A stretch of 64,000 bases of DNA from an uncultured Actinomycetota bacterium (GTDB taxonomy: Bacteria > Actinomycetota > Actinomycetes > Actinomycetales > Micrococcaceae): contig CAVOJG010000007.1 of the NCBI GenBank assembly GCA_963696225.1, forward strand, positions 56,657 to 120,656, read 5' to 3'. Of this stretch, positions 41,209 through 51,742 are shown in pieces. Both the position numbers and the translations under genes were made by a program. The first letter of the stretch is position 1. Each line of letters begins with the position of its first letter. The notes under the pieces were generated by a model. That model searched no databases and had not been told where the DNA came from. It was given only the letters and a program-made list of their open reading frames with translations.

Positions 41209-41943
41209 ATGAAAAAACGCTCATTGTGGTTACTTCCACTTGCTGGCGCGCTCGCTCTAACGGGTTGTTCCGATGCGGGCACAGATGCTCCCGCAGCCTC
41301 GGGCGATGCACAACCTACACAGGAAGCTGCAGCAGCAAAACCTTTGGACGCGGCTGCAGTCAAGACGATTGTCGAAAAACTTGTGGCTGATGAATCCGGC
41401 GCACAGGTCATCGATAGTGCCGCTATCGCTGAATCTCTGCCCCAGGCCAAAAAAATGGTCGAAAGCATGAAGATCGAACCAGCTGAATGCGCCGATTTAG
41501 TTGTTCAGCAGAGTTCTTTTGATATTACGGGCATTAACATGGCCACGGCCGTAGTTACTGGCGAAAAGCCTGGCGAATCAACCAGCTACAGCGTTGCATC
41601 CTACGAGGATGACGCCAAGCTGGCGACGGCCAAGAAAGCAGCGGAAACTAAGGATCTAAAGGGGTGCGATAAGTTCTCCATGGAGATGCAGGGTATGAAG
41701 TTGAACGCCTCAGCCGAAATTCTTGAGGCTACTTCGGATGCGGAACTGACTGTCGCCACCAAGTCGAATATTTCCATGGATGGTAAGGAAGTTCCCATGG
41801 GCAGCCTCACGCTACAGGGCTTCGTTGGCCCGAATATGGTTTCTGTTGCCTACTCTGGCGAGATCGATGACGAGAAAACTAAGCTAGATGAACTAACCAA
41901 AGAATTGAACATCGCTGTTGCCGAGCTGAACAAGACCCAGTAA
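41209..41943 (+). CDS. Lipoprotein, paralog 3
   Basis: MKKRSLWLLPLAG...LTGC; IEPAEC / GCDKF. Confidence 0.85.
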   Translation: MKKRSLWLLPLAGALALTGCSDAGTDAPAASGDAQPTQEAAAAKPLDAAAVKTIVEKLVADESGAQVIDSAAIAESLPQAKKMVESMKIEPAECADLVVQQSSFDITGINMATAVVTGEKPGESTSYSVASYEDDAKLATAKKAAETKDLKGCDKFSMEMQGMKLNASAEILEATSDAELTVATKSNISMDGKEVPMGSLTLQGFVGPNMVSVAYSGEIDDEKTKLDELTKELNIAVAELNKTQ

Positions 41944-41960
41944 CTAGATTTGTTTTCATG

Positions 41961-42001
41961 AATGCCGCTTGTGCCCGCTGAAGGGTTCTGGCGGCATTTT
42001 T
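41961..42001 (+). terminator. Terminator after the lipoprotein array
   Basis: AATGCCGC...GCGGCATT followed by T-run. Confidence 0.65.
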
Positions 42002-43003
42002 GATCAGCGGAGATCAAAATAGTTAGTTGAAAGCACCCGCTGCCACACAACAACCTGGCTACAGAACGTAAATCAGGAAAAATCCTACCTATCCAATGCG
42101 TTGCGTGGCATTCTCAATAAGTGAATGTGAACCGCTGCCATTCCGAAGCGGCGTATCAAGCAGCGCTGACTGCCGGTGAAGATCCTCCAGTAAAGCGAGA
42201 GGTCTCAAAGCCCTGCACCAGCGGTGGGCAGAAGGAACACGGATTTACTGAGCAGCTCGTGCTGTAGTCGCATGTTCTTGGGGATGGGCCGGGTCGCAGA
42301 GCAACGACATTGTTCTTCGGCACTACTGGAAATATTTGGGCTTGCAACTCAAGGCTAGATGCGAGGGGACATCCACCCCGGTGTAGGCACTCGCCGAGAC
42401 GTACCACCGATCCCGAGTTCTGTTCCCTTACACTTTCTCCGGCCCCGCTGTGTATGTGCTGAATTCGCACTAAGGGTCTTTATCCTGGAATTCATTTGAA
42501 ATACAGTGGTCTGAATGCTGTTTTCCGAATCAATTGAATATGCCGCAAACGTGGGGCTATCTGAACGGATTGGAATCCCACGTCAAGGGTAGTGAAAGCT
42601 TAGGCAAACTAAAATAGCCGAAAGTAGTTTTCCCGGGAATTAGGGCTGTTGAATTCCTCTCACCCAATGGCTCCGGGATTTTGTCGTCCGAGCACCGAAG
42701 TCCCCTCAGGCGCACACCGAAAAGTGACCGAAGAAACGCTAAAACAGGTTCTAGTAGCAAGGATCAAGAAGATGGAACCGAAGAACGGGGTTACTGGCAT
42801 GTAGGAAACGGCCCTGCCGAGGTCTTTTATAGGCCGTTGTCGGCGAAACCCGATCTCGCGTATCCCTTGAATTTATTGGCAAGTGGCGGGAAGCGGTAGG
42901 ATTGAAGATGGTCGAGATTGTGGCCGAAACCCATTTGATTTTGCATAGCTGGTCGGCACCCGAAAACGCCTCGGGAGTCGACGGACGGAAAAGGACGCCC
43001 CGC

Positions 43004-44792
43004 GTGGTTTTGAAGCTCTCCACCCTGTTCCTGCGCACCTTGCGCGAAGATCCCGTTGAAGCAGAAGTAGACAGCCATAAGCTGCTAGTTCGTGCCGGGT
43101 ACATTCGCCGCGCAGCACCGGGCATTTACACCTGGCTGCCACTGGGCTTGAAGGTGCTTGCTCGGGTAGAGGCCATTGTTCGAGAAGAAATGAACGCCAT
43201 TGGCGCCCAAGAAGTTCACTTCCCGGCATTGTTACCTCGTGAACCTTATGAGCAGACCGGTCGCTGGACTGAATACGGCGAAGGCCTGTTCCGTCTGAAG
43301 GACCGCAAGGGAGCCGATTACCTACTGGCTCCAACCCATGAGGAAATGTTCACTTTGTTGGTCAAGGACTTGTACTCCTCCTACAAGGACCTTCCGGCGT
43401 ACCTGTACCAGATTCAGAATAAGTACCGTGATGAAGCTCGTCCACGTGCGGGTCTGTTGCGTGGTCGCGAATTCATCATGAAGGATTCTTACTCCTTCAA
43501 CATTGATGATGAGGGCCTGGACGAAGCTTATGCTGCGCACCGAGGCGCCTACGTCCGAATCTTTGAACGTTTGGGCCTTGAAGTTGTTCCTGTGTTCGCG
43601 CAGGCCGGTGCCATGGGTGGGTCCAAGTCTGAAGAATTCCTGCACCCAACTGCTGTTGGTGAAGATACCTTCGTGCGTTCGCCAGGCGGTTATGCCGCGA
43701 ACGTCGAAGCAGTGACCACGGTGGTTCCGGAAGCAATTGATTTCGGCGATGCCGCGGCCTTCGAAGTACTGGACACCCCGGATACGCCAACCATTGAGTC
43801 CTTGGTCGAGGTGGCTAACCAGCTGCGCCCGCGCGCCGAAGGCCAATGGACCGCAGCTGACACCCTGAAAAACGTTGTTGTCGCTGTCATTGATCCAGAA
43901 GGCAACCGTCACGTGGTTGTTATCGGTATCCCAGGTGACCGTCAGGTCGACTTGAAGCGAGCCGAAGCAACCATCGGCCTTGCGTTGCAGATCAATGGTG
44001 AAGTAGCTGTCGAAGCTGCTAACGCCGAAGACCTTGCCAAGCACCCGGAACTGATCGCGGGCTACATTGGCCCAGGCAACGGACTAGATCAGCAGGTACT
44101 TGGTACCGAAGCTTCCAGTGGGATCATCTACCTAGTAGATCCGCGCATTGTTTCCGGCTCCAGCTGGATTACCGGCGCCAATGAAAAGGGCAAGCACGTC
44201 TTCGGACTGGTGGCTGAACGTGATTTCTCCTTTGACGGCACCATCGAGTCAGTCAAGGTCCGCGAAGGCGACCCAGCACCGGATGGTTCCGGACCGCTAC
44301 GTACCGAACGCGGTATCGAAATGGGACATATCTTCCAGCTCGGCCGTAAGTATGCTGCGTCGCTGGACCTGAAGGTACTGGACAAGAACGGCAAACTTTC
44401 CGTAGTGACCATGGGTTCCTATGGAATCGGTGTCACCCGTGCGGTGGCGGCGCTGGCCGAGGCTTATCATGATGAGAATGGCCTGGCCGTGGCCTAAGCA
44501 GGTTGCTCCGGCGGACATCCACATTGTGGTGACAGGTAAGGGTGAAGAGCTTTTGGCAGCAGCCGACAACCTTGCCAAGGAATTCGAAGCTAAGGGCATG
44601 GAGGTCATCTTTGATGACCGCCCGAAGGTCTCCGCTGGTGTGAAGTTCTCCGATGCAGAGCTCATCGGCGTGCCAACCATCGTGGTGGTTGGCCGCGGAC
44701 TTGCCGACGGAGTTGTTGAGGTCAAGGACCGTGCGACCGGCGAACGCCGCGACGTGGCAGTGGCCGATGTCGTGGAGGAATTGACCGCTTAA
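43004..44792 (+). CDS. proS: Proline--tRNA ligase, apparent +1-base frameshift near 44486-44489
   Basis: [42 protein letters not shown]; anticodon domain WPKQVAP...[19 protein letters not shown] lies in another frame. Confidence 0.95.
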
Positions 44793-44838
44793 TACCGGTG
44801 CGTTTCACCAGTAGTAAATGAATAGAGGTAGCAGCGCG

Positions 44839-45644
44839 GTGCCGGAGATTCTTTCTTTTTTGTCACTTGACGGTCTTGAATTCACTTGGACGTCGCTGAT
44901 CCTGCTTTTACTTGCAGGATTCGCGGCGGGCTGGATTGATGCGGTTGTCGGTGGTGGAGGATTGATCCAGTTGCCCGCGCTGCTGCTTTTTCCCGGAATG
45001 AGCCCTGTGCAGGCCTTGGCTACCAATAAGCTGGGCTCAATTTTTGGCACAACAACCAGTGCCATTACCTATTACCGGCGAACTAGTCCGGATCTAAAGA
45101 CCGCCATTCCCATGGCGTTGATGGCGATGCTTGGTGCTTTCGGGGGAGCAGCCATTGCGACGGTCCTTCCAGAACGGTGGATCCAGCCGATTATTATTGC
45201 CGCTCTGGTCGCGGTGTTGGCCTTTACAATTTTTAACCTGCGGCCGGAGAGCTAAGCAAACTACGGTATCAAGGCAGCGGTCATTACCTGCGCGCAATTC
45301 TGATCGGTCTGATTATTGGTGGTTATGACGGAATGATTGGACCGGGCACCGGATCGTTCCTGATCATCGCCATGGTCACGGTGCTCGGCTACAACTTCTT
45401 GCAGTCTTCGGCCAAAGCAAAAATCGTCAATCTTGCCACCAACTTTGGTGCGCTGGTTTTATTCATCCCCGCCGGGCACGTAGTTTTTGGCCTCGGTTTG
45501 GCTCTGGGCGTGATGAACATGGCCGGCGGCTACCTCGGCGCTCGCATGGCAATATCCAAGGGCAGCAAGTTCATTCGGATCATCTTCGTGATCGTCGTTT
45601 GCGCATTGATAATCAAACTCGGTTCCGACATGTTATTCGCCTAA
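44839..45644 (+). CDS. TauE/SafE (TSUP) permease, apparent 1-base deletion near 45235
   Basis: AGWIDAVVGGGGLIQLP and ATNK in one frame; GGYDGMIGPGTGSFL in the next. Confidence 0.85.
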
Positions 45645-45768
45645 TCGAGGTCAAGCACCTCGCAGTCAGGTGCGCATCACTGAGTGGGCAGCTTCGGACG
45701 TGGAATCCTTAGGCATAAATGCCTCTCAGCACTTTGCATGAACACCGAAACCGCTCGGCCGCTTAACC

Positions 45769-45804
45769 AAAAATTGTCGGTTCGCTTAAAAGCGAACCGA
45801 CAAT
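45769..45804 (-). terminator. Terminator, U-tract on the minus strand
   Basis: ATTGTCGGTTCGCTT-AA-AAGCGAACCGACAAT preceded by an A-run. Confidence 0.8.
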
Positions 45805-46105
45805 CTCTAGAGGCAATGTCCCCATATTGCCTTACCTAGAATCAACATCAATCAGCTCTGGCCCATCCCCATAGGCCGGTGCGGCTTGAAGAGTCGAATC
45901 GGTTGTATTGCCACAACCAATCTTTCTCCCTCCTTGCAGGTGCCCGCGAAAGCTGAACGTCTTCTAGGACGTTTTTTGGTAACAACAGTTCCCGCTGTGC
46001 CAGAGAAATCCCTACTTCGAGCGGATCAACCTGACGTTCACTTAAGAATCTCAAAATTATGGATCGGCCGCGTCATACCAGCACGGTATCTTTCACGGGT
46101 AACAC

Positions 46106-46858
46106 TCAGCTTCGTTTCGGCACGGGGTCATTTGGCAGGGAAAAACCTGAACGATAGGCCAACGCGACCGCCGACGCTCGATCCCGTGAACCGGTTTTGA
46201 AAAGAATCCGGGCAACATGTGTTTTCACCGTTGCTTCACTGAGGACCAGCAAGTCCCGGATTTCGTGGTTGGACATTCCCGCGGCGACTAACCGCAGAAC
46301 TTCCTGTTCGCGTCGGGTCAATAAAGTTGAGACATCGGGTAGGTCCGTGGAGCTTGCCCGAATTCGGTTGACGAGCCGGGTTGCGGCCGTGGCATCCAGC
46401 CAGGTTTCGCCAGCTGCCACACGCCGAATCGCGATGGAAATTTCGGTAGGCAAGGCATGTTTGAGCAGATATCCGCTGGCCCCTGCCTGCAAGGCTTGAG
46501 CTACAATTTCTTCGTCGTCAAAGGTAGTCATGATCAGTACCCGGACCAGATGATCCCGGGACTCACGTGTTTCTTGAACAAGTTTCCTCGTCGCTTCGAC
46601 ACCGTCAATGCCAGGCATGCGGACATCCATGAGCACAACATCGACGGCGTATTCACGAGCCATTGACAGTGCTTCGATACCCGATCCAGCCTCAGCAACA
46701 ACTTCAACGTCTGGCTCTGCCGAAAGCAGCATGGAAATCCCGGCTCTGACCATGTGTTGATCGTCTACGATTAGCACTCGCGTTTTCGTCTTGAGCTGCG
46801 CAGGAAGAATTGAGGAATTTTCGGTATTCACTTCGTTAACTCGCCTTTCACCCAGCAT
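46106..46858 (-). CDS. NarL/LuxR-family response regulator
   Basis: VLIVDDQ, MDVRMP, LTRREQEVL...TVKTHV. Confidence 0.93.
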   Translation of the reverse strand: MLGERRVNEVNTENSSILPAQLKTKTRVLIVDDQHMVRAGISMLLSAEPDVEVVAEAGSGIEALSMAREYAVDVVLMDVRMPGIDGVEATRKLVQETRESRDHLVRVLIMTTFDDEEIVAQALQAGASGYLLKHALPTEISIAIRRVAAGETWLDATAATRLVNRIRASSTDLPDVSTLLTRREQEVLRLVAAGMSNHEIRDLLVLSEATVKTHVARILFKTGSRDRASAVALAYRSGFSLPNDPVPKRS

Positions 46859-48051
46859 CGTCTATTTGAGCTTGCTCGCGTAAATCCTGATCGTTCTTGG
46901 CCGGCAACACTGCCTTGACCAAGAACCCATCCTTAGTCGGTTCAGCGACTAAAGTGCCACCGCTGATAGTGACGCGTTCGCGCAATCCAACAAGTCCGAA
47001 TCCTCCGGAGAGCCCCGGAGTTTTCAACTGCACCGGAAACTGAGCGGACGACAATTGTTAATGACAACGGATCCCAGTGTATTTCAACCGATGCCTTGGC
47101 GCCTTGCCCCGCATGGCGCATGACATTGGACAGGCTTTCTTGCACTACCCGGTAGCCTGCGTGGCCAATACTTGGATCGATGGGACCCTTGGCACCGGTA
47201 ACTTTCTCTGAAATCTCTACGCCTGAAGCCCGAGCCGCGTCGATGAGCTCTGCGATATCATCTAGCTCGCGAGGCAGTGACCCCGGTTCCTTAGCGTCTT
47301 CGCTGCGCAATATTCCCAGTAACCGGTGGAGTTCTCGGATGCTTTGCTCTGCGGTTTGTTGAACATCCGCCAACGCGGCGTCCCAATCTACAGCTCGGGA
47401 GTTGGTGCGTTGCACGGTGCGCAAGCCCGCGGTTTGCAACACTATGGCGGTCAGCGCATGCGCCACGCTGTCGTGAAGGTCGCGGCTGATCCGCAGCCGC
47501 TCCATTATTGTCGCTTCTTCGCGAGCCTGAATGGCCCACGCACGTTCGGTACGCAAGGCGTGTTCATAGCGGGACAAAGCCACAGCGGAAAACCACACTG
47601 AGAGTACCAAGAGGGTCATCACAAAAAAGCTGGGAAGCGCCGAGGTGAGATTACCTAATAGTTGTAGCTTAGTGGAGGCGAAGGAGGCAGTGAGGATCGG
47701 GATAATCGCACCTGGCAGAGCCAGGTAAGCACGCGGCGGCGGGAGATGCCTGGCGAGAAAAAAGAGCGCTATCAGGAAGCCTGCCATCATGGTTGGCGCT
47801 CCGGGTACGAAGAGGCAAACGGTGCTCAGCGCCAGCATCGTCAGATAGGCAGGTACAGAGGACCGTGAATACACCAGTGTGCAGTATCCCAAGAAAGAAA
47901 CCGCTGCGATGATCCACAAGGAAACTGAACCGTTAAATTCCCGGGGATTACGCGCGTACCAGATATACATTTCGAGGAAAAAACCGGCAAGGGCAATGAT
48001 TGAGCGCTGCCAAGCGACGGTACGGCTTAAGGCCTTCACCCGATTAAGCAT
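46848..48051 (-). CDS. HisKA_3 (DesK-type) membrane histidine kinase, apparent frameshift near 47021-47024
   Basis: ERLRISRDLHDSVAH and RVVQESLSNVMRHA; the G-box GFGLVGLRERV continues in the 46848..47054 frame; start codon uncertain. Confidence 0.88.
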
Positions 48052-48301
48052 GGAGCGGCCGGCCGTGGAGCGACTTTGGGATCCCGTCAAATTCTGGGTG
48101 GGACCGGAACGCTGCTGAGCAACTACGGCAACGGCTTTCCAGAGTCTTATGGGTTGCTGTGAAGATAGTCAGCGAATGCGAACTCAGCGTGGAGCAGTAA
48201 ACGTCGCCGAGGAATATAGCCACGGACCCTCCTAAATTCATGCAGTTAAGAGCATCTTGTCATAGGGAAGCAGATGAGGGCATCATTCTGAGCAGGTAAG
48301 T

Positions 48302-49366
48302 TCACTGCTTAACTGGAGCAAATAGCTGCAGGTTTACTCCGCGTTGGCGCTGATCCTGCAGGACCTGCCAGGTGGTCTTCGCCAAGGTGTCCTGCGCGCG
48401 ATCTGCGGACGCGCCAGAGGCCAGCACCAGCTGGGTGGCAAAGTCTTCTTCCGCGGCGGTGGCCACCGAACTCAGATCTTGCAGACCATCTTGCGGTAGA
48501 ACGTAGGCCGGTTGCCGCAGATCTGCACAGTTATCCGGCAAGACCGAACGCACGGAGCGAATTTCATCATTGAGTTTTGCGCGGCGCTCTTCGATTTTGG
48601 GTGCCTGGTCATTGGAGCCGCGGGCTGCCTGCAATTGCAAGGTGTAGTCCAGGGCATAACCACGGTCCAACGCACGGGCCACCAATACGTCATCGGCCAA
48701 TGCCGGATCGGTAATTTCGGAAGTGGTGGGTAACAGGCTCAGATCAGTCAGGCAGCCAACCGGTTCTCCTGCGGTATCACCGGCGCCGGCAACCAGCGGG
48801 GTGGGAAGCTGATCAACCTTCTTTTGCGACTGCACCGTGCGCAGCGCGCTGCGCGCCTGAAGATTTGATTGGTACGCCAATTCAGTCAGAGCTCCGCCCA
48901 AGTGGCTTTGGTCCGCTGGCAGAGTCGGCAGCGCCGTACTGAGTTCCGTGACCTTCGCCGTAAGCTCGGAGAGCGCTGTCGGAGTGAAAGCTTGCGCCAA
49001 TTCAACCCCGGGCTGGTCATCAAAGCGCAGTTGTCCGGTCAGCTGCGCGCCATAACTCAGCGTGGAACCCAAGTCGTTAAGTGCCGGGGAGCTCTCCTTA
49101 TCGGCCACCGCGGCCAGAGCTTTGGCTTGGGCGCCCAGATCCGCCAGCGTCGAGCCGTACTGCCATAACTGCCGTTGTTCGGCGGTACTGTCACGGATCT
49201 CTTCGGGCAGTCCACGATTTTCTAGACTTCCGCGAAATACGCTCATCCCTATACCCCAGGTCAGTGCCATGCAGAGCACTGCGGCAATAATCGGTGCAGT
49301 CCACGCCGGAGCGCGTTTGACTCGTGTACTGCGATTAGCTGCTGTTGGCGTGGAATTCTCAGTCAT
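48302..49366 (-). CDS. Membrane-anchored helical hypothetical protein divergent from rimP (possibly DUF4439/ferritin-like)
   Basis: One N-terminal TM, Ala/Leu-rich helices, two Cys, PAYVLP motif; family call rests on genomic position. Confidence 0.7.
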   Translation of the reverse strand: MTENSTPTAANRSTRVKRAPAWTAPIIAAVLCMALTWGIGMSVFRGSLENRGLPEEIRDSTAEQRQLWQYGSTLADLGAQAKALAAVADKESSPALNDLGSTLSYGAQLTGQLRFDDQPGVELAQAFTPTALSELTAKVTELSTALPTLPADQSHLGGALTELAYQSNLQARSALRTVQSQKKVDQLPTPLVAGAGDTAGEPVGCLTDLSLLPTTSEITDPALADDVLVARALDRGYALDYTLQLQAARGSNDQAPKIEERRAKLNDEIRSVRSVLPDNCADLRQPAYVLPQDGLQDLSSVATAAEEDFATQLVLASGASADRAQDTLAKTTWQVLQDQRQRGVNLQLFAPVKQ

Positions 49367-49530
49367 GGCGTATCGATCATGCCACGAAACACAGTGCTGA
49401 AGCCGGCTCAAACTCGCGTTCGGCGCGAATTGTGCGTGAGTTCTTTCACCTGAGGCCATTAAGCAGTTCTCATCTTGCGTGGGTGCATATACCCTTAAAG
49501 AACAACATCGAATAATGTGGGAGGATATCC

Positions 49531-50097
49531 ATGACCGCTAAGCCGGCCGATACCGAACAAGAAGCGCTACGGTTGACGACTGTGCTTCAGAAGGAAGTGG
49601 AATCCCACGGGCTGGTCCTGGAAGAAGTCTCTGTGCGCCCCTCGGGCAAGCAGCTGCTTGTACAGGTCCTCGTCGACAAAGCCGATGGCACCGAATCGGT
49701 GATCTTGGACGAACTGGGCGAAGTTACCACCACCATTTCAAATGCACTGGACAAGGACGCCAAATTTGCGTCCGCAGATCCTTATGAACTCGAAGTAAGC
49801 TCCCCAGGTCTTTCCCGTCCGCTGAGCCTGAACCGCCACTGGGTTCGCGCGAAGAACCGGATGGTGAAATTCACCCTGAACGATGGCACCAAGCTGCGCG
49901 GCCGACTGACTGAGGTAACTGACACCGAAGTCGTGATTTCCGTTCACCACGAGCCTGCTAAGAAGGGTATGAAGGTCAAGATCGATGATCCTAAGACCTT
50001 TGCCCTGTCTGACATCCGCAAGGCAGTTGTAGACCCGGAAATCAATTTCGACGACGCGCTGTTTGAAAATATTAATAACGAAGATTTGGAGGGCTAA
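49531..50097 (+). CDS. rimP: Ribosome maturation factor RimP
   Basis: YELEVSSPGLSRPL; GGAGG RBS; upstream of nusA. Confidence 0.95.
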   Translation: MTAKPADTEQEALRLTTVLQKEVESHGLVLEEVSVRPSGKQLLVQVLVDKADGTESVILDELGEVTTTISNALDKDAKFASADPYELEVSSPGLSRPLSLNRHWVRAKNRMVKFTLNDGTKLRGRLTEVTDTEVVISVHHEPAKKGMKVKIDDPKTFALSDIRKAVVDPEINFDDALFENINNEDLEG

Positions 50098-50099
50098 GC

Positions 50100-51083
50100 G
50101 TGGATATAGATCTCGATGCGCTGCGCATCCTGGAAAAAGACCGCGACATCCCTATGGATGTGCTGATCCCTACCATTGAGTCGGCACTGTTGCTGGCCTA
50201 CAACAAGACTGATGGCGCGATGCCAGGCGCTCGCGCTCACATCGAGCCAAGCACCGGACACGTAGCGATCCTCGTGGAGGACCGTGACAATGCTGGCGTG
50301 CTGTTGGGCGAATTTGACGACACCCCGCATGGTTTTGGCCGCATTGCTGCCTCCACCGCACGCCAGGTCATCATGCAGCGTCTGCGCGAAGCCGAAGACG
50401 CAGTAGTTGTCGGGGAGTACTCCTCGCGTGTTGGCACCCTGATTTCTGGTGTGATCCAGCAGGGGCATTCCTCGCATATGGTGCAGGTTAAAATCGGTGA
50501 CGTCGAAGCACTGCTGCCACCGGTTGAGCAGGCTCCTGGCGAGCGATATGTGCACGGTGCGCGACTGCGTTCCTACGTGGTGTCCGCCGAGCGCGGTACC
50601 AAGGGTCCGGCTATCACCTTGTCCCGTTCACACCCAAACCTGGTCCGCCTGCTTTTCGAAATGGAAGTTCCGGAAATCGCAGACGGCACCGTTGTTGTTG
50701 AAGCGCTGGCTCGCGAAGCTGGCCACCGTACCAAGATCGCGGTGCACGCCACCCAGGCCGGAGTGAACGCCAAGGGCGCTTGCATCGGTGAAATGGGTAC
50801 CCGCGTGCGCTCGGTGATGAACGAACTCAATGACGAAAAGATCGACATCGTTGACTACAACGAAGATCCAGCGAGATTCATCGCGGCTGCATTGTCTCCA
50901 TCGAAGGTCGTCTCGGTAGAGATCCTCGATGAAGATGAGCGTCGGGCTCGAGTTGTGGTTCCGGACAGCCAGTTGTCTCTGGCCATTGGCAAGGAAGGCC
51001 AGAACGCGCGTCTGGCCGCCAAGCTCACCGGCTGGCGTATTGACATCATCGCCGTCTCCGGCGGTAAGGAACCACAGCTTTAA
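50100..51083 (+). CDS. nusA: Transcription factor NusA
   Basis: [44 protein letters not shown]. Confidence 0.97.
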   Translation: MDIDLDALRILEKDRDIPMDVLIPTIESALLLAYNKTDGAMPGARAHIEPSTGHVAILVEDRDNAGVLLGEFDDTPHGFGRIAASTARQVIMQRLREAEDAVVVGEYSSRVGTLISGVIQQGHSSHMVQVKIGDVEALLPPVEQAPGERYVHGARLRSYVVSAERGTKGPAITLSRSHPNLVRLLFEMEVPEIADGTVVVEALAREAGHRTKIAVHATQAGVNAKGACIGEMGTRVRSVMNELNDEKIDIVDYNEDPARFIAAALSPSKVVSVEILDEDERRARVVVPDSQLSLAIGKEGQNARLAAKLTGWRIDIIAVSGGKEPQL

Positions 51084-51148
51084 AAAGCTGCTCTTCCGGA
51101 CAGCAAAGATCGCTGGGTGGAAGAAAGATTTGCTTAGCACGTTTTTCG

Positions 51149-51192
51149 GCCTCGGTGCGCCTGTGATCTGAACCTCACGCACGCACCGAGGC
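51149..51192. terminator. Hairpin between nusA and ylxR
   Basis: GCCTCGGTGCG...CGCACCGAGGC. Confidence 0.6.
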
Positions 51193-51255
51193 TCAAACGC
51201 GCTAGACTAGTAGTTGGCTCGTTGACAAGTTGTGGAAGGTGAGGATGGCGCTCGC

Positions 51256-51575
51256 ATGAAACTGCATCAGCAACGTACATGCATTGGCTGTCGAACCATC
51301 ACATCTCAAGATGAGCTACTCCGTTGGGTATTAACCAGGAAGCGCCGCTACGCGGTGTGCAACTGGATCTTTCGGCCGCCGCCTCAGGGCGGGGAGCCTG
51401 GACCCATAGGACAGAAAAGTGTGTGCAGCATGCTGTGCGGCGCAAGGCGTTTTCCCGAGCTTTTAGAAGCGCGGTGAATGATTCCTGCGTGGCACAGCAG
51501 TTCGCTGCATACGAAGATCAGTCGGTAAAAGGCCGGCTATCTGGCAATCATGATGAAAGCGGGTCAGAAATCTGA
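51256..51575 (+). CDS. ylxR: YlxR/DUF448 protein, apparent 1-base deletion near 51333
   Basis: QRTCIGCR...ELLRWV in one frame; GRGAWTH...C...AVRRKAFSRAFR in the next. Confidence 0.85.
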
Positions 51576-51742
51576 TGGCAACCCGATGAGTCCGCTAAGT
51601 TGAGCGCACAACGATGAACAATCAGTTTTGCGTGATTAACCGTGCGACGGAAGAATTTCACGAATTACAACGTTGATCAGCCAGAACACCCAAGTCTTAT
51701 TGAACCCGGGGTTCTAGCCGATCACATCGATACAGGAGAGAT

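Noticed and set aside
42900-43003. Possible T-box leader upstream of proS
   Set aside because: Only one modest hairpin; no T-box consensus and too short
44421-44792. Separate 123-aa gene after proS
   Set aside because: It is the out-of-frame anticodon-binding domain of ProS
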